Positions 63,393 through 64,000 of a stretch of 64,000 nt of DNA are shown in pieces (position 1 is the first letter of the stretch; each line of letters starts with the position of its first letter). Both the position numbers and the translations under genes were made by a program. The DNA is from Chiloscyllium plagiosum. Its lineage: Eukaryota. The stretch covers positions 1,486 through 65,485 of the forward strand of contig NW_025215357.1 in NCBI RefSeq assembly GCF_004010195.1, in the 5' to 3' direction. Under the pieces are notes generated by a model. The model made no database searches, was not told the DNA's origin, and saw only the letters and a program-made list of their open reading frames with translations.

Positions 63393-64000
63393 AATTCAGG
63401 TTACAACCTGGTATACGGGTAGAAGATTACATTTTATGTTGGTCTTCCTACATCACAAAACATCCTTACCTCACCTTTTACTTTTTCACAAATCTTAGCA
63501 AAGACAGAAATGTTGGCATTTTCATGATGACTGACCACATTCTGATAAATCCCGTGTTTGAAAACTTAAACGTGGAGGCCTTCAAGCTTTGATGTTTCTG
63601 CCCTGCTGAGTAATTATTTGTTTTTCTTGCAAAAATTGAACCTGTTCAGTAGGAATGCTGTCAAGCTGCCTTCCTTAATGATCTCCACTAAGAGTACATC
63701 TGATATTTTCATGACTGGAATGGATGAGTTGGAGATTGGTTAAAGTTGATTAGTGTTGATCAGAAATGAACTATCCTGCAGGAGATTTGATGAGTGAAAT
63801 TTGGGACACTTTCATCTTTCTAAATTGATTATTTAAGTTTGCCAAATAATTGCACATCCCTTGTCAATAAGACTTTACAAATGTTTTTCTATTATATAAT
63901 ATTCTGTCATTGGTGGAATCTTCTGGTCCCTGAGGCGGTAGCTTCATTGGACAAGATGGAGTCTCTGCTGGAATTATGTTCTACATAAGTTTAATGCTTC

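Larger units (their letters stand above)
9050..64000 (+). other. EPAS1: EPAS1 intron 1 (continues beyond the window)
   Basis: Starts gtaagc at 9050. No exon encoding the expected SSERRKEKSRDAARCRR bHLH was seen downstream by eye. A long intron 1 is typical of EPAS1. Confidence 0.75.

Noticed and set aside
9050..64000. Orientation bias of intronic CR1 insertions
   Set aside because: Sense and antisense copies occur in similar numbers and the sample is too small.

Overview
Eukaryotic, AT-rich, repeat-dense genomic DNA from a cartilaginous fish. HE1-type SINEs, HER1/CR1 LINEs and Deu-domain SINEs point to a shark; the species cannot be fixed from sequence alone. The window holds the promoter, 5' UTR and first coding exon of EPAS1 (HIF-2alpha) on the + strand. 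That exon has 26 coding nt (9024-9049, MITEKEKK-R, phase-2 GT donor) and is missed by the ORF track. It is followed by at least 55 kb of intron 1; exon 2 (bHLH) was not found. An iron-responsive element (IRE) hairpin at 8695-8738 independently supports the gene call. Most interesting observations: (1) the IRE has a re-registered upper stem and an embedded uORF start; (2) a 3-copy tandem repeat about 60 bp into intron 1 carries two TACGTG hypoxia-response-element cores and three forkhead motifs, a candidate HIF feedback module; (3) several fold-back Penelope-derived elements in intron 1 carry minimal hammerhead ribozyme motifs on both arms. Nearly all long ORFs in the track are LINE fragments or spurious.
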